From positions 352,001-416,000 of the forward strand of contig CAVYES010000005.1 of assembly GCA_963767735.1 (NCBI GenBank): DNA of 64,000 nt. The letters run 5' to 3'. The position numbers and the translations under genes are program-made. The notes under the pieces were generated by a model. That model did not search any database, was not told where the DNA came from, and saw nothing but the letters and a program-made list of their open reading frames with translations. Positions 9,085-20,035 of this stretch are shown here, piece by piece. How positions within the stretch are numbered: the first letter of the stretch is position 1; every line of letters starts with the position of its first letter. Origin of the DNA: Candidatus Bathyarchaeota archaeon (GTDB lineage: Archaea; Thermoproteota; Bathyarchaeia; Bathyarchaeales; Bathycorpusculaceae).

Positions 9085-12081
9085 ATGCAAAAAATAAAAA
9101 GTAAAACTATGGCTATTCTTATTGCTTTATGCTTAACACTTTCAATGTCAGCTTCAATGATGCTTATACCAAACGCTAGTGCACATACACCTGCATGGCA
9201 GATTCCAACGTATGCCTACATTACTGGGATACCTAGCACTATAGGTGTCGGTCAGACAATAACTGTTTACATGTGGCTTGACCCTGTTTACGGAGCAGCT
9301 GGCGGAACAAGTGCCGTTATTTTAACGAATGGCTACACAGCCAGCACAGCATTGACAGCAAACAACTACAGATTCGATAACTACAAGCTTACCATCACAG
9401 CGCCAAACGGTGCAGTCTCAACCCAAACTTGGGCTGTTTGCTCAGACCCAACATCATCCGTGTTCACATCCTTCACTCCCACACAAGTCGGCACATACAA
9501 TCTAACCTTTAACTATCCAGGACAAGTCTATGGAGCAAATGGCAACGGCTACTCTGGTTCACCATTGGTTAACGATACTTACCTGGCAAGTAGCGCATCA
9601 ACAACACTTACTGTACAATCAACACCAATCGCCGCGCCCGTAACTAGCGAACCATTACCAACAAATTACTGGGCACGCCCAATATACGGTGAGAACACCA
9701 ACTGGTACACGATTTCGTCAAACTGGCTAGGCTCAGGTATGCCACAAATAGCAGGCTATACTAGCTCCTCAGTATACCACGGTGATGCAGTAGGATCTCT
9801 GACGGCTCATATCATGTGGACACTGCCGATTCAAGCGGGTGGAATTGTCGGAGGAAACGAGTACACTACTGCTACGGGAGTTGGCTACTTCGAGGGCTCT
9901 TGCTACATAGGAAGATTCTCCAATCCGATAATTGTAGACGGATACCTATACTTCAACGCACCATCATCATTCACGGGAGGCGCTGTTGGACCATTCGAGT
10001 GCGTTAATCTGCAAACAGGACAAATTGTTTGGTCTTCTAACGCTATACATTCGGTATCATTCGCTTACATCTATAACCTTTGGAATGGTGAACAGCACGG
10101 AGTTTTTCCGCCAATTCTGGTTTCAACTGCAGGAGGCGGTCTCACCGGTATGCCTTCGATGTGGACGCTTTGGGATGGATTCACAGGAGAGCAATTGTTC
10201 AACGTTACTAATGTTCCAGGATTTGCAGCACAAACAGGCCAAACCGTAGGAGGCCAGCCAGCCACGGCTCTCACAACCTCGACAGTAGCGGGCCCAAGCA
10301 GTGAAATATTAAAATATGTCTTTATGAACGACGGCACCGCCGCGAATCCTCAATGGTATTTGGCTCAGTGGAACTCGTCCGATCTATGGCAATACGATGT
10401 AAATCCATACACTTTCGGTGGAAGTCTGTCACCATCAATTGTTAATGCATCCAACGGGGTCCTTGTTTCATCTGCAGGCATTCCTCAAACAACTTTGGGC
10501 ACCACAGGTACCACGCCAACGGGAGGAAGCGTTTTCATCCCCTATGGTTCCACAATAACAGATAATGCATTCATCCCTCTTAACGCCACAACTATATACC
10601 CGGAGAACCTTGGTGCACGAACCACTTTTGACTGGAACGTTTCCGTACCATGGATTAACAACATGCCAATGCAGCCTACCTACCCCAGCCTCGGGGGGAC
10701 AGGGTCACCAATACCAACATTTATGCAAGGAACCGCTATCGGTGATTTCGCAGCAGGCGGAACATGTCCTGTAACGATAGTTGCAGCTAACTATGGCGAT
10801 GCTATGCTTTGCAGAAACGGTTCTCTACCAAGCGGTTTCACGACAACTATGGCTGGATACCCACAACTTCCCTACACCCTCTTCCTTGTCAACCTCAACG
10901 CAACTGTGGGTCCAATCGGTTCAATACTATGGATGAAGAACTATAACCCGCCAGCAGGAAACCTTACTGTCAGCATTCCCGCAGTCGACTGGCAGACACG
11001 TACCTTCCTCGAATATTATGACGAACTAGAGGAATTTACTGGATTCAGTCTGACTACAGGCGCACAGATATGGGGTCCAACTGCACCTATGGTTCCCCTG
11101 CAATACTATGATATTGGTTACGGCATTCTCGGTGCAGCGGCTTACGGCAACTACTACTGCGATAACATGGGAGGCGTATGCTACTGCTACAACGACTTGA
11201 CTGGAACTCTAGAGTGGACCTTCGGCAACGGTCCATCCGGCTCAGACAACAGCACTATGAGCTTGAGTTCTCCTTACGGTGAATATCCACAATACGTTGG
11301 ACCCATTTCTGGTAACGGAATAGTATACCTGATGTCCAATGAACACACAGTCACAGACCCGATTTACAAGGGCGCATTTTTAGCCGCTCTTAACGCCACT
11401 ACAGGACGAGAAATATGGACTCTTTCATGCTACGGCAGTATGGCTACCCCCGCACTCTCAGACGGCTATACAACATTCCTCAACGGTTACGACATGCAAA
11501 TCTACACTGTAGGCAGAGGACCCAGCGCAACCACAGTGCAAGCGCCACAGACCGCTATCACAGCAGGCAGCAACGTAGTAATACAGGGCACAGTGATGGA
11601 TACTTCCGCTGGCACACAACAATCAACGGTGAAAGCTGATTTTCCAAGTGGCGTTCCATGCGCATCTGATTCAAGCATGACTGACTGGATGGGCTACGTT
11701 TACCAGCAGCAAGCAGAACCAACTAACTTCACAGGTGTAACAGTAACATTGACAGCTATGGATCCCAACGGCAACTTCATCACCCTCGGCAGCGCTACAA
11801 CCGATGCAAAAGGCAACTTCATCTACTCATGGCAGGCTCCAAGCGTCCCAGGGAAATACACCGTCACCGCGACATTCGCTGGCACCAACGGTTACTGGGG
11901 TTCAAGCGCAGAAACCGGCATGACCGTACAAGCACCTTCGGCTACTTCGGCACCTACAGCTGCACCAGTATCGGGTCTAGCAACAATGTCAGGCCTAACT
12001 ATGGGAATCGCTGTTGTAATAATCGTTATGATAATTGCAATCGCCATAGTAGGCTTACTCCTGCTAAGAAAAAAGCCGTAA
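9085..12081 (+). CDS. Large membrane-anchored PQQ-repeat/Ig-like surface protein (copy 2, paralog of 5509..8430)
   Basis: Shared AHTPAWQIPT, YMWLDPVYGAAGGT and WMGYVYQQQ blocks; signal peptide; C-terminal TM helix plus RKKP. Confidence 0.85.
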   Translation: MQKIKSKTMAILIALCLTLSMSASMMLIPNASAHTPAWQIPTYAYITGIPSTIGVGQTITVYMWLDPVYGAAGGTSAVILTNGYTASTALTANNYRFDNYKLTITAPNGAVSTQTWAVCSDPTSSVFTSFTPTQVGTYNLTFNYPGQVYGANGNGYSGSPLVNDTYLASSASTTLTVQSTPIAAPVTSEPLPTNYWARPIYGENTNWYTISSNWLGSGMPQIAGYTSSSVYHGDAVGSLTAHIMWTLPIQAGGIVGGNEYTTATGVGYFEGSCYIGRFSNPIIVDGYLYFNAPSSFTGGAVGPFECVNLQTGQIVWSSNAIHSVSFAYIYNLWNGEQHGVFPPILVSTAGGGLTGMPSMWTLWDGFTGEQLFNVTNVPGFAAQTGQTVGGQPATALTTSTVAGPSSEILKYVFMNDGTAANPQWYLAQWNSSDLWQYDVNPYTFGGSLSPSIVNASNGVLVSSAGIPQTTLGTTGTTPTGGSVFIPYGSTITDNAFIPLNATTIYPENLGARTTFDWNVSVPWINNMPMQPTYPSLGGTGSPIPTFMQGTAIGDFAAGGTCPVTIVAANYGDAMLCRNGSLPSGFTTTMAGYPQLPYTLFLVNLNATVGPIGSILWMKNYNPPAGNLTVSIPAVDWQTRTFLEYYDELEEFTGFSLTTGAQIWGPTAPMVPLQYYDIGYGILGAAAYGNYYCDNMGGVCYCYNDLTGTLEWTFGNGPSGSDNSTMSLSSPYGEYPQYVGPISGNGIVYLMSNEHTVTDPIYKGAFLAALNATTGREIWTLSCYGSMATPALSDGYTTFLNGYDMQIYTVGRGPSATTVQAPQTAITAGSNVVIQGTVMDTSAGTQQSTVKADFPSGVPCASDSSMTDWMGYVYQQQAEPTNFTGVTVTLTAMDPNGNFITLGSATTDAKGNFIYSWQAPSVPGKYTVTATFAGTNGYWGSSAETGMTVQAPSATSAPTAAPVSGLATMSGLTMGIAVVIIVMIIAIAIVGLLLLRKKP

Positions 12082-12334
12082 AAACATAACAATAAAACAA
12101 CCACAATCCCTCCTTCCCTTTTTTTAGTCTTTAGAAAGCAGCGAGAAAAGAAGTGGCTGAGAAAGCTCTGGTTAATCACGATTTACGTAATCGCTCAGTA
12201 TCGTGATAGGCATTGCATTTGCCTTCTTTTCTCCTTTAAAAGTTCGAGAGCTTCTGCAAACCCCAAATGCTTTGGAATGTCCGCTAATCTCTCAATTCTC
12301 TTTTTTTAGGAAAGGAGGCTTAATATTTTCAAAG

Positions 12335-12408
12335 TGGACTGGGGGGGATTTGAACCCCCGACCTCTTGAGTGCAAGTCAAGCGTTCATACCAGCTGAACT
12401 ACCAGCCC
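12335..12408 (-). tRNA. tRNA-Ala(TGC)
   Basis: Full cloverleaf: acceptor GGGCTGG/CCAGTCC with G3:U70, anticodon stem CTTGA/TCAAG with loop CTTGCAC, T-loop TTCAAAT. Confidence 0.96.
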
Positions 12409-12542
12409 TAGCTTTCCAATTGATTAACCGTTCAATGATATTTAGCTTTTGTTCGTGCAAAAGCAGGGCTAACGCAGAAAAATAATAAAAAACATAAAAA
12501 AAATAATTAATAAACTGGAGATTTATGGGTTACGCGGTTAGC

Positions 12543-12689
12543 TTAATATCGTCTTGGCGATCTTGCTGGTCGTTTCTTAGCAAAGCATTCTCGGCAATAA
12601 ACTGGCCTGCTTGGGTCAGGTTTGAATGGAACTTCACATTCCTTTCCACATTCAGCACAAGTTGCCTTATGCATTTCCTTCTCGGACAC
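12543..12689 (-). CDS. CxxC-x17-CxxC domain small zinc-binding protein
   Basis: Manual translation MSEKEMHKATCAECGKECEVPFKPDPSRPVYCRECFAKKRPARSPRRY; below the ORF-track cutoff. Confidence 0.88.
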   Translation of the reverse strand: MSEKEMHKATCAECGKECEVPFKPDPSRPVYCRECFAKKRPARSPRRY

Positions 12690-12909
12690 TACTTTTCAAC
12701 TCCTTCTATCTGTTTATTGTGCAAAACTGCTTCTTGCACCACGATTTATGCAACGCATTGACGCATATAAAATTTATCGTCAAACAAAGAGCCCTAACCG
12801 CTTTGCTAAAAGCTTGCTCCTGATTGGCTTTTCAAAAAGCAGCTTACAATTTTTTTAAAAAAGTTATATGCTAAAGCGCTGCATAAGTCATCAGATTGGA
12901 GGCTTAAAT

Positions 12910-13395
12910 TTGGAGTTAAAAACTGTTAAAATTGACCCCCCGAAAGACTGCAACATCATTTTAGGCATGGCTCACTTCATAAAAACCGCTGAAGACCTCT
13001 ATGAAGCCATGGTTAACTCTGTTCCAGACATTAAATTTGGCATAGGTTTCTGCGAGAGTTCAGGACCATGCTTGGTTAGGCATGAAGGAAACGATGTAGA
13101 ACTGCGACAACTGGCAGCTGAGAAAGCCTTTGAAATTGCATGCGGGCACAGCTTTCTCATTTACCTAAAAAATGCTTATCCGTTAAACGTTCTCGACAAA
13201 ATCAAGAAGGCACCCGAAGTATGCACCATTTACGCCGCCTCCGCTAACCCGCTCGAAGTAATAATTGCTGAAACCGCTCAGGGAAGAGGCATCATCGGCG
13301 TTGTTGACGGCTCAAAAAGTAAAGGCATAGAAACGGACGCTGACATCAAGGAGCGTCGGCAGTTCCTGCGGAAAATCGGCTACAAACTAGGCTAA
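12910..13395 (+). CDS. Adenosine-specific kinase family protein (DUF355)
   Basis: [51 protein letters not shown]. Confidence 0.88.
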   Translation: MELKTVKIDPPKDCNIILGMAHFIKTAEDLYEAMVNSVPDIKFGIGFCESSGPCLVRHEGNDVELRQLAAEKAFEIACGHSFLIYLKNAYPLNVLDKIKKAPEVCTIYAASANPLEVIIAETAQGRGIIGVVDGSKSKGIETDADIKERRQFLRKIGYKLG

Positions 13396-13401
13396 CAACA
13401 A

Positions 13402-14370
13402 TTATTTTTCTGAAGCTATTATGCCCTTCAACAGGTAGTCGTCGATGTTTCCGCCAGATACAACTATAGCAACGGTTTGCCCAATGAATGAATCATTGTT
13501 TTCCAAAAGCATTGCGACGCCTGCCACGCCCGAACCTTCCACTGTTTGCTTTTCGTTTTTCCAAAGCAGATAAACCGCTTGCCTAATCGTTTCTTCTCTC
13601 ACCAGCATTACTTCGTCAACGTACTGTTGCGCTAAGTCGAATGTGATGGAGCCTTTCTCGATGCCTCCCGATAAGCCTTCAGCAATGGTGTATCGTTCAT
13701 GTCTGTGTGGAGGAACAATTTTGCCAGCCTTCAAAGACTCGTACATGATAGGCACAGCTGCGGATTGTACCCCGATAACCTGCACGTTAGGTCTTAGGCT
13801 TTTAACAGCTACGCTTATGCCTCCAATCAAGCCTCCTCCACCAACCGGCACAACAACAACGTCAACATTTGGGAGTTCCTTGAGAATTTCTAATCCGATG
13901 GTTCCGTGTCCAGCCACGATTAACTCGTCATTGTAGGGGGAAATGTAGAGGCGACCAGTTTGTGTCGCAATTTCTTTAGCTTTCCTTTCAGCCTCAGGGT
14001 ACGTTCCACCGAACAACAAAAGGTCGGCGCCGTACTGTTTTATGCCATCCACTTTAATTTTGGGCGTATTGGTGGGCACTACGATTTGCGCTGAAAAGCC
14101 AAGTTTTTGGGCACCATATGCTACTGCTTGACCATGATTCCCCGCTGAAGCCGTCACCACCCCTCTGGCTTTTTCTTCAGGTGAGAGGCTCAGCAGCTTG
14201 TTTATTACTCCGCGAATTTTGAAGGAGTGCGTTACCTGCTGGTTTTCCAGCTTCAAAAAAACGTTGCAATGGCACTGCTCGCTTAGAAACTTTGAACGAG
14301 CCAAAACGGTTGAAACAGCGTATGGTGCAATAGTTTTTTGCGCTTGCTCGATATCTCGAAGTGTAACCAT
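13402..14370 (-). CDS. ilvA: Threonine/serine dehydratase (PLP), no regulatory domain
   Basis: LKLENQQVTHSFKIRG, ASAGNHGQ, VPVGGGGL, VSGGNID. Confidence 0.88.
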   Translation of the reverse strand: MVTLRDIEQAQKTIAPYAVSTVLARSKFLSEQCHCNVFLKLENQQVTHSFKIRGVINKLLSLSPEEKARGVVTASAGNHGQAVAYGAQKLGFSAQIVVPTNTPKIKVDGIKQYGADLLLFGGTYPEAERKAKEIATQTGRLYISPYNDELIVAGHGTIGLEILKELPNVDVVVVPVGGGGLIGGISVAVKSLRPNVQVIGVQSAAVPIMYESLKAGKIVPPHRHERYTIAEGLSGGIEKGSITFDLAQQYVDEVMLVREETIRQAVYLLWKNEKQTVEGSGVAGVAMLLENNDSFIGQTVAIVVSGGNIDDYLLKGIIASEK

Positions 14371-14479
14371 GATTTCATCGCCTAAGAAACCGTTAACTTA
14401 CCTGTTAAGTTAAGAACCATAAACTATTTTAGCTTACTTAAGAATCAAACCTTAACAGCGTTACGTTACTGGTGTTTTT

Positions 14480-15325
14480 ATGAGTTTAGAGAGAAATATA
14501 GCTCAAATTGAAGATTACAGGAAACAACAATCCAAGCAGCAGCAGAACCTAAAAGATAGAATGGGCAAAATTAAACATAAAATCGCCGTCATAAGCGGGA
14601 AAGGCGGAGTTGGAAAAAGCACCGTAACCGTTAACCTCGCCGCCGCTTTCGCACAGAAAGGTTTCAAAGTTGGCGTTTTGGATGCGGATATTCATGGGCC
14701 AAGCGTTCCGAGGCTTTTGGGTTTAGAAGGCAAACAGGTTAAGTATGGTCCCCCGGGCGCTTTCCCCGTTGATGGACCATTCGGTTTGAAGGTTATGTCG
14801 ATTGATTTCTTTTTGCCTGAACAGGCGCCCACAATTTGGCGTGGACCATTAAAAATGAGAGCGATCCGCCAGTTTTTGGCTGATATCGTTTGGGGAGAAC
14901 TGGATTTTCTCTTCATTGATTTGCCCCCTGGAACAGGCGATGAACCCCTCAGTATTGCTCAACTGCTGCCTGACCTCGACGGCGTGGTAATCGTCACGAT
15001 GCCTTCACAGTTGTCAAGTTCAATTGTTAAAAAAGCAATAACTTTCGCTGAAAGATTAAACATGCCAATAATCGGCGTCGTGGAGAACATGAGCGGCTTT
15101 ATCTGTCCACACTGCGGAGAAAAAACTGAAATATTCCAATCCGGTGGAGGCGAAAAGATGGCTCAAGAAGCTGGCGTTCCCTTTCTCGGAAGCATTCCAA
15201 TTGATCCCAAAATAGGCGTGGACTCCGACAAGGGGCATCCTTTTGTAGCCGCGGATAAGGATTCTGCTGCGGCGAAAGCCTTCATGGAAATTGTCAAGAA
15301 AGTTGAGGCATACCTGAAAAAATAA
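14480..15325 (+). CDS. Mrp/Nbp35 Fe-S cluster carrier ATPase
   Basis: SGKGGVGKST, DADIHGPS, IWRGP, DLPPGTGD, ENMSGFICPHCG. Confidence 0.93.
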   Translation: MSLERNIAQIEDYRKQQSKQQQNLKDRMGKIKHKIAVISGKGGVGKSTVTVNLAAAFAQKGFKVGVLDADIHGPSVPRLLGLEGKQVKYGPPGAFPVDGPFGLKVMSIDFFLPEQAPTIWRGPLKMRAIRQFLADIVWGELDFLFIDLPPGTGDEPLSIAQLLPDLDGVVIVTMPSQLSSSIVKKAITFAERLNMPIIGVVENMSGFICPHCGEKTEIFQSGGGEKMAQEAGVPFLGSIPIDPKIGVDSDKGHPFVAADKDSAAAKAFMEIVKKVEAYLKK

Positions 15326-15393
15326 CTGCGACATTTTGATATGTAAAAAGTTTGGAGAGCTTAAAACTCCCAGGTTAATTGCTGTGGGTCAAG

Positions 15394-15684
15394 CTACATT
15401 TTTGTCAAAGTGATTTCTATCGTTGAAACCATTCTTGACCTATTTTCGCCCTCTCTTGGTGGCATCTCTACTGTTCCGATTGCGATTTTTGTCACTTTGA
15501 GGTCTTTTAGGAACCGGCTTCTTGTTATTTCTGCAACGTCAACTGCGGTAGTTATTGCTTGTCCTCTTGCTTTTAGGGTTATTTCTTTTTCTATCCCTGA
15601 AGAGAATGCCGTTATGATAGCTAGCACATAGCTCATTGGTGGTTTGTTTCCAACGAAGATTACATCATTTGGTTTTTCTGCCAT
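15394..15684 (-). CDS. albA: DNA/RNA-binding protein Alba
   Basis: IFVGNKPPMSYVLA, LKARGQAITTAVDVAE, VSTIEITL. Confidence 0.95.
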   Translation of the reverse strand: MAEKPNDVIFVGNKPPMSYVLAIITAFSSGIEKEITLKARGQAITTAVDVAEITRSRFLKDLKVTKIAIGTVEMPPREGENRSRMVSTIEITLTKM

Positions 15685-15897
15685 ATATATCACTCCTTTT
15701 TATTGTTAATTGCGGTAGTACTGCATAACAACGCTAAACTTCCTTATAAACGCAATTAAGCAACCCGATATATGCGGTAACGCTAAACCAAAAAACAACC
15801 CCATACACTTTGTAAACAAAGCCTACCAATGCATATCCAGCAAATCCATCAGCAAACATGGAATCACGCAAAAGCGGTATAGTTTTATACCTCAACC

Positions 15898-16698
15898 TTG
15901 AAGGAAGAATACAAGCCGGAGCCTTATTTCATGTCAGTGTCGCCTAGCCTCAGAGAAGTTTTAGGAAGAAGAATTGCTGGAGAAATAATTCTTTCAGGCA
16001 AACCGGGCGCTACCATGCGGAAGTGGCGTGAGCTTTTTGCAGTTTCTCAACTGACCCTCTCCGAAACGATGGGGCTTTCGTCCTCGGTTATAAGTGATTA
16101 TGAAAGTGGGCGAAGAAAGAGTCCGGGCGCCAAATTCATCCGCAGGTTCGTGCTTTCGCTTTTGCAGATTGACGAGGGAAAAGGCAGCCGCTTCATCCGA
16201 GAATTTGCGAAGCTCACCAGTTCGCCAAGCATGGCTGTTGTGGATTTACGTGAGTTTCCCATTCCGGTCAGAATTGAATACCTGTGCCGAGCAATCGGCG
16301 GCGAAGTAGTAGCTTGCAAAGAAAAGTACGTTAAAGAAGTCAACGGGTACACGGTCATTGATAGCACAAAAGCTGTTGAGGCGTATTCTGGTTCGGAGTA
16401 CGCGCAGCTATTTGGAGCAAGCACTGATCGAGCGTTGATTTTCACAAATGTGGAAGACGGATGCTTGCCCATGATGATTGTGCGCGTCAGCAGCCTAAAA
16501 CCGCGAATTGTTGTTTTTCACAAAACCCAGCCTGACGCCGAAGCCATACGCATAGCAGAATACGAGCAAATCCCCCTCATCTACTCAACGGCACCCAATG
16601 TCGAGCAACTGGTAAAATCCCTGCGGAAACTGTACCGCATAGCACTGCGTATAAAACTTGGCAGACGAGTGCGTCCACCGCCAAAAATAACCGCATAA
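15898..16698 (+). CDS. Archaeal HTH transcriptional regulator (COG1709-like)
   Basis: IAGEIILS..PGATMRKWRELF, SVISDYESGRRKSPG. Confidence 0.85.
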   Translation: MKEEYKPEPYFMSVSPSLREVLGRRIAGEIILSGKPGATMRKWRELFAVSQLTLSETMGLSSSVISDYESGRRKSPGAKFIRRFVLSLLQIDEGKGSRFIREFAKLTSSPSMAVVDLREFPIPVRIEYLCRAIGGEVVACKEKYVKEVNGYTVIDSTKAVEAYSGSEYAQLFGASTDRALIFTNVEDGCLPMMIVRVSSLKPRIVVFHKTQPDAEAIRIAEYEQIPLIYSTAPNVEQLVKSLRKLYRIALRIKLGRRVRPPPKITA

Positions 16699-16722
16699 AA
16701 AGGCTCTTTTGAAAAAAAGTTA

Positions 16723-18198
16723 TTATTTGTTTTTGTTGTTGTAGTCTGTTGTTAGCACGTTCATGGCGCTTAGCACTGCTTCCATGCTGGCTTTTACTAT
16801 GTCTTCGCGTACTCCTGTTGCTGTTACGGTTCGGTTTCCTTTGCGCATGCGCACGACGACTTCAACCATAGCGTCTGTGCCGCCGGTGATGGCTTTAACC
16901 ATGTACTGCTCCAGCGTGATGGGTTCGACTTCGGCTATGGCGTTTTTGACTGCATTTATTGCTGCGTCAACTGGTCCAACGCCGACCGCAGCGCCCCAAA
17001 CAACCTTGCCGTTCAGCGATAGACGCACGGACGCGGTTGCGGTAACTTTGTCACCACCGACAAAAGTCATTTCCTCAAGCCTTATCGATTTAGCCTTGCT
17101 TAAGCCCATAACGGCTTCGGCGATTGCCAGGACGTCTGCATCCAAGACTGTTTTGCCTTTGTCACCTAATTTTTTGATGCGCTGGAAAATTTCTTTAAAT
17201 TGTTCCTCAGATGGCTTAAGCCCCATGTTTTCTAAGTCTGCTCTGATGGCATGTGACCCTGAATGTTTTCCTGCAGATATGCGGCGAGTTGCACCAACCA
17301 ACTCGGGGGCAATCGGCTCATAGGTCAATGGGTTAACCAGCATTCCTTGAGTGTGTATTCCTGATTCGTGGGTGAAAGCGTTTTCGCCGACGATTGCCTT
17401 GTTGGGTTGTACGTGAACTCCGGTTAACCTTGAAACCAGCTGGGATGTGCCATAGATCAGTTCAGTTTTTATGTTTAAATCAAGTTTGTAGAGTGATCTG
17501 AGTGTAAGAACTATTTCTTCCAGTGAAGCGTTTCCTGCCCGTTCACCCAGCCCATTAATCGTTGCATGCACCTCTTCAGCACCCGCACCTAAAGCGGCAA
17601 CGGTGTTGGCGACAGCCATGCCGAAATCGTTGTGGCAGTGCACACCTATTGGAACTTTTATGATTTCTTTTAGTTTAGAGAAGAACTCGGCTGACCGCTC
17701 AGGAGTCAAGATGCCCACAGTATCACAGGGGACAACTCTGTCTACTCCAGCCTCAACCGCTATATGGAACGTCTCAGCTAGGAAATCAAAATCAGACCGA
17801 GTTGCGTCCTCAGCTAAAAACTCCACGATTAAGCCGTGATCTTTAGCGTACCTGACGCATTCATCTGTGACTTTGAGCATTTGTTGGCGTGTTTTGCGGA
17901 GTTTGCACTCTATGTGCAGGTCAGATGTTGGGATAATCATGCTTATAGTTGAAGCGCCGCTTTTTACTACGGCGTCGATGTCACTTTTTGTTCCTCTTGC
18001 GGCACTTGAGATTTGAGCCCTCAAACCCTGCTTAGCGATGAGGCTGACGGCTTCCATTTCGCCTTCGGAAACAGCGGCGAACCCCGCCTCGATAAAGTCG
18101 ACGCCGAGCTCGTCTAAGCGTTGAGCAATTCTTAATTTGCTTTCAGGTACAAGTGATACTCCGGGTGTTTGTTCACCATCGCGGAGGGTGGTGTCCAA
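16723..18198 (-). CDS. cimA: (R)-citramalate synthase / LeuA-family synthase; true start probably slightly upstream
   Basis: DTTLRDGEQTPG, HCHNDFG, GERAGN, HESGIH, LeuA allosteric domain; IIPTSDLH resembles CimA more than LeuA (FIATS). Confidence 0.75.
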   Translation of the reverse strand: MDTTLRDGEQTPGVSLVPESKLRIAQRLDELGVDFIEAGFAAVSEGEMEAVSLIAKQGLRAQISSAARGTKSDIDAVVKSGASTISMIIPTSDLHIECKLRKTRQQMLKVTDECVRYAKDHGLIVEFLAEDATRSDFDFLAETFHIAVEAGVDRVVPCDTVGILTPERSAEFFSKLKEIIKVPIGVHCHNDFGMAVANTVAALGAGAEEVHATINGLGERAGNASLEEIVLTLRSLYKLDLNIKTELIYGTSQLVSRLTGVHVQPNKAIVGENAFTHESGIHTQGMLVNPLTYEPIAPELVGATRRISAGKHSGSHAIRADLENMGLKPSEEQFKEIFQRIKKLGDKGKTVLDADVLAIAEAVMGLSKAKSIRLEEMTFVGGDKVTATASVRLSLNGKVVWGAAVGVGPVDAAINAVKNAIAEVEPITLEQYMVKAITGGTDAMVEVVVRMRKGNRTVTATGVREDIVKASMEAVLSAMNVLTTDYNNKNK

Positions 18199-18318
18199 AA
18201 ATTTTACGAGTTTAGGGAAGCGGTTGAATAAAGCAATACCCCACTTAAATCACATCTCTTTTCAAGGCGTCACGCTTAAATATAAAATTATTGGTGTCTT
18301 AACTGAGCAAAGAGGTTA

Positions 18319-19953
18319 ATGGATATGCGAAGTGACGAGATTAAACTTGGACCTGAACGGGCACCACACCGCGCCCTGCTTAAAAGTTTAGGTTTAACAG
18401 ACCAAGATATAGCTAAACCATTCATAGGAATAGCAAACAGTTACACGTCAATCGTTCCAGGGCACATTCACCTAAGAGCCTTAGGCGAAGCCGTGAAAGA
18501 AGGCATTTTGGAAGCCGGCGGAACACCCTTCGAATTCAACACCATAGCCGTATGCGACGGCATAGCGATGGGTCACGAAGGCATGCGATATTCGCTTCCA
18601 AGCCGCGAATTAATCGCAGATTCAGTAGAAATCATGATGCAAGCCCACCGTTTAGACGGTATGGTGCTGATTTCAAACTGCGACAAAGTCACCCCAGGCA
18701 TGCTTATGGCAGCAGCACGACTAAACGTGCCCGCAATATTGGTTACGGGGGGACCCATGGAGTCAGGCATACTGAACGGGCAAAAAGTCGGTGTCAACAA
18801 CGTTTTTGAAGCAGTCGGCAAAGTTTTCGCAGGCAAAATGACAGTGGAGGAATCGGCGATGCTGGAGAACGTGGCTTGTCCAGGCTGCGGCTCCTGCAAC
18901 GGCATGTTCACAGCCAACACCATGGCATGCATGACTGAAGCGTTAGGCATGTCTCTTCCTTACTGCGCTACGGCACTGGCGAATGGCGCATTGAAGCAGA
19001 GAATCGCAAAAGAAACAGGACAAAAAATCGTTGAACTCATCAAAAAAGACACCAAGCCCTCCCAGATAATGACTCAGAACGCTTTCGAAAACGCTGCAGC
19101 AGTTGACATGGCTCTTGGAGGCTCAACAAACACGGTTCTGCACCTCTCAGCCATAGCCAAAGAAGCAGGAGCAAAACTTGACCTCTCAACCTACGACGAG
19201 ATCGGACGGAAAGTCCCGCACTTATGCAACATGGTTCCAACAGGCTCTTTTGACATGGCAGACTTAGGAAATGCAGGCGGTTTGCCAGCCTTGATTAAAG
19301 AGCTTAAGCCGTTCGAGCATTTTGACGCTTTAACAGTTACGGGTAAAACGGTTGGCGAAAACGTTGCAGACGCCAAGGTGATAAACGCCGAAGTTATCCG
19401 CCCTCTGAGTAATCCAGTTCACAAAGAAGGCGGCATCGCCATACTCAGAGGCAACTTGGCGCCTCAAGGTTCGGTGGTTAAAATGGCGGCGGTCTCGCCT
19501 AAAATGATGAAGCATCAAGGTCCAGCAAAAGTTTACGATTCAGAACACCAGGCGGAAGAATCTATGAAACGCCACGAAGTGGTAGCTGGCGACATCGTGG
19601 TGATTCGTTATGAAGGGCCAAGAGGCGGGCCCGGAATGCCTGAAATGCTGATTCCCACAGCCACCATCGCGGGCATGGGTTTGAGCGAAAGCGTAGCCTT
19701 AATAACTGACGGCAGATTCTCCGGCGCGACTCGTGGACCATGCATCGGGCACGTTGCCCCTGAAGCCTTCGAAGGCGGACCAATCGCAGCACTTAAAAAC
19801 GGCGACAAAATAACCATCGACATCCCCAACAGACTTCTGAAAGTTGAGCTGTCAGACAAAGAGCTAAAAGAAAGGTTATCTGCGTGGAAGCCACGGAAAC
19901 CTAAAATTTCCAAAGGCTACCTAAGCAGATACTCACCTACCCCATCAGAATAA
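18319..19953 (+). CDS. ilvD: Dihydroxy-acid dehydratase
   Basis: [38 protein letters not shown]. Confidence 0.96.
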   Translation: MDMRSDEIKLGPERAPHRALLKSLGLTDQDIAKPFIGIANSYTSIVPGHIHLRALGEAVKEGILEAGGTPFEFNTIAVCDGIAMGHEGMRYSLPSRELIADSVEIMMQAHRLDGMVLISNCDKVTPGMLMAAARLNVPAILVTGGPMESGILNGQKVGVNNVFEAVGKVFAGKMTVEESAMLENVACPGCGSCNGMFTANTMACMTEALGMSLPYCATALANGALKQRIAKETGQKIVELIKKDTKPSQIMTQNAFENAAAVDMALGGSTNTVLHLSAIAKEAGAKLDLSTYDEIGRKVPHLCNMVPTGSFDMADLGNAGGLPALIKELKPFEHFDALTVTGKTVGENVADAKVINAEVIRPLSNPVHKEGGIAILRGNLAPQGSVVKMAAVSPKMMKHQGPAKVYDSEHQAEESMKRHEVVAGDIVVIRYEGPRGGPGMPEMLIPTATIAGMGLSESVALITDGRFSGATRGPCIGHVAPEAFEGGPIAALKNGDKITIDIPNRLLKVELSDKELKERLSAWKPRKPKISKGYLSRYSPTPSE

Positions 19954-20035
19954 CCACAGAGAAACTTCGCAAAAGCAGACAGAATAAGATAAGCTTAATT
20001 CGCTCCCTTATCTGAAAGAATATGGGTAATAATTC

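Noticed and set aside
5509-12081. Diversity-generating retroelement acting on the surface proteins
   Set aside because: No reverse transcriptase in the window, and paralog differences are not adenine-specific
5509-12081. True PQQ-dependent dehydrogenase activity
   Set aside because: Only structural propeller repeats are recognisable; catalytic motifs cannot be supported from sequence alone
18199-18250. Non-canonical start of cimA
   Set aside because: The frame stays open a short way upstream of TTG 18198 without an ATG or GTG, but an indel error cannot be excluded in this assembly
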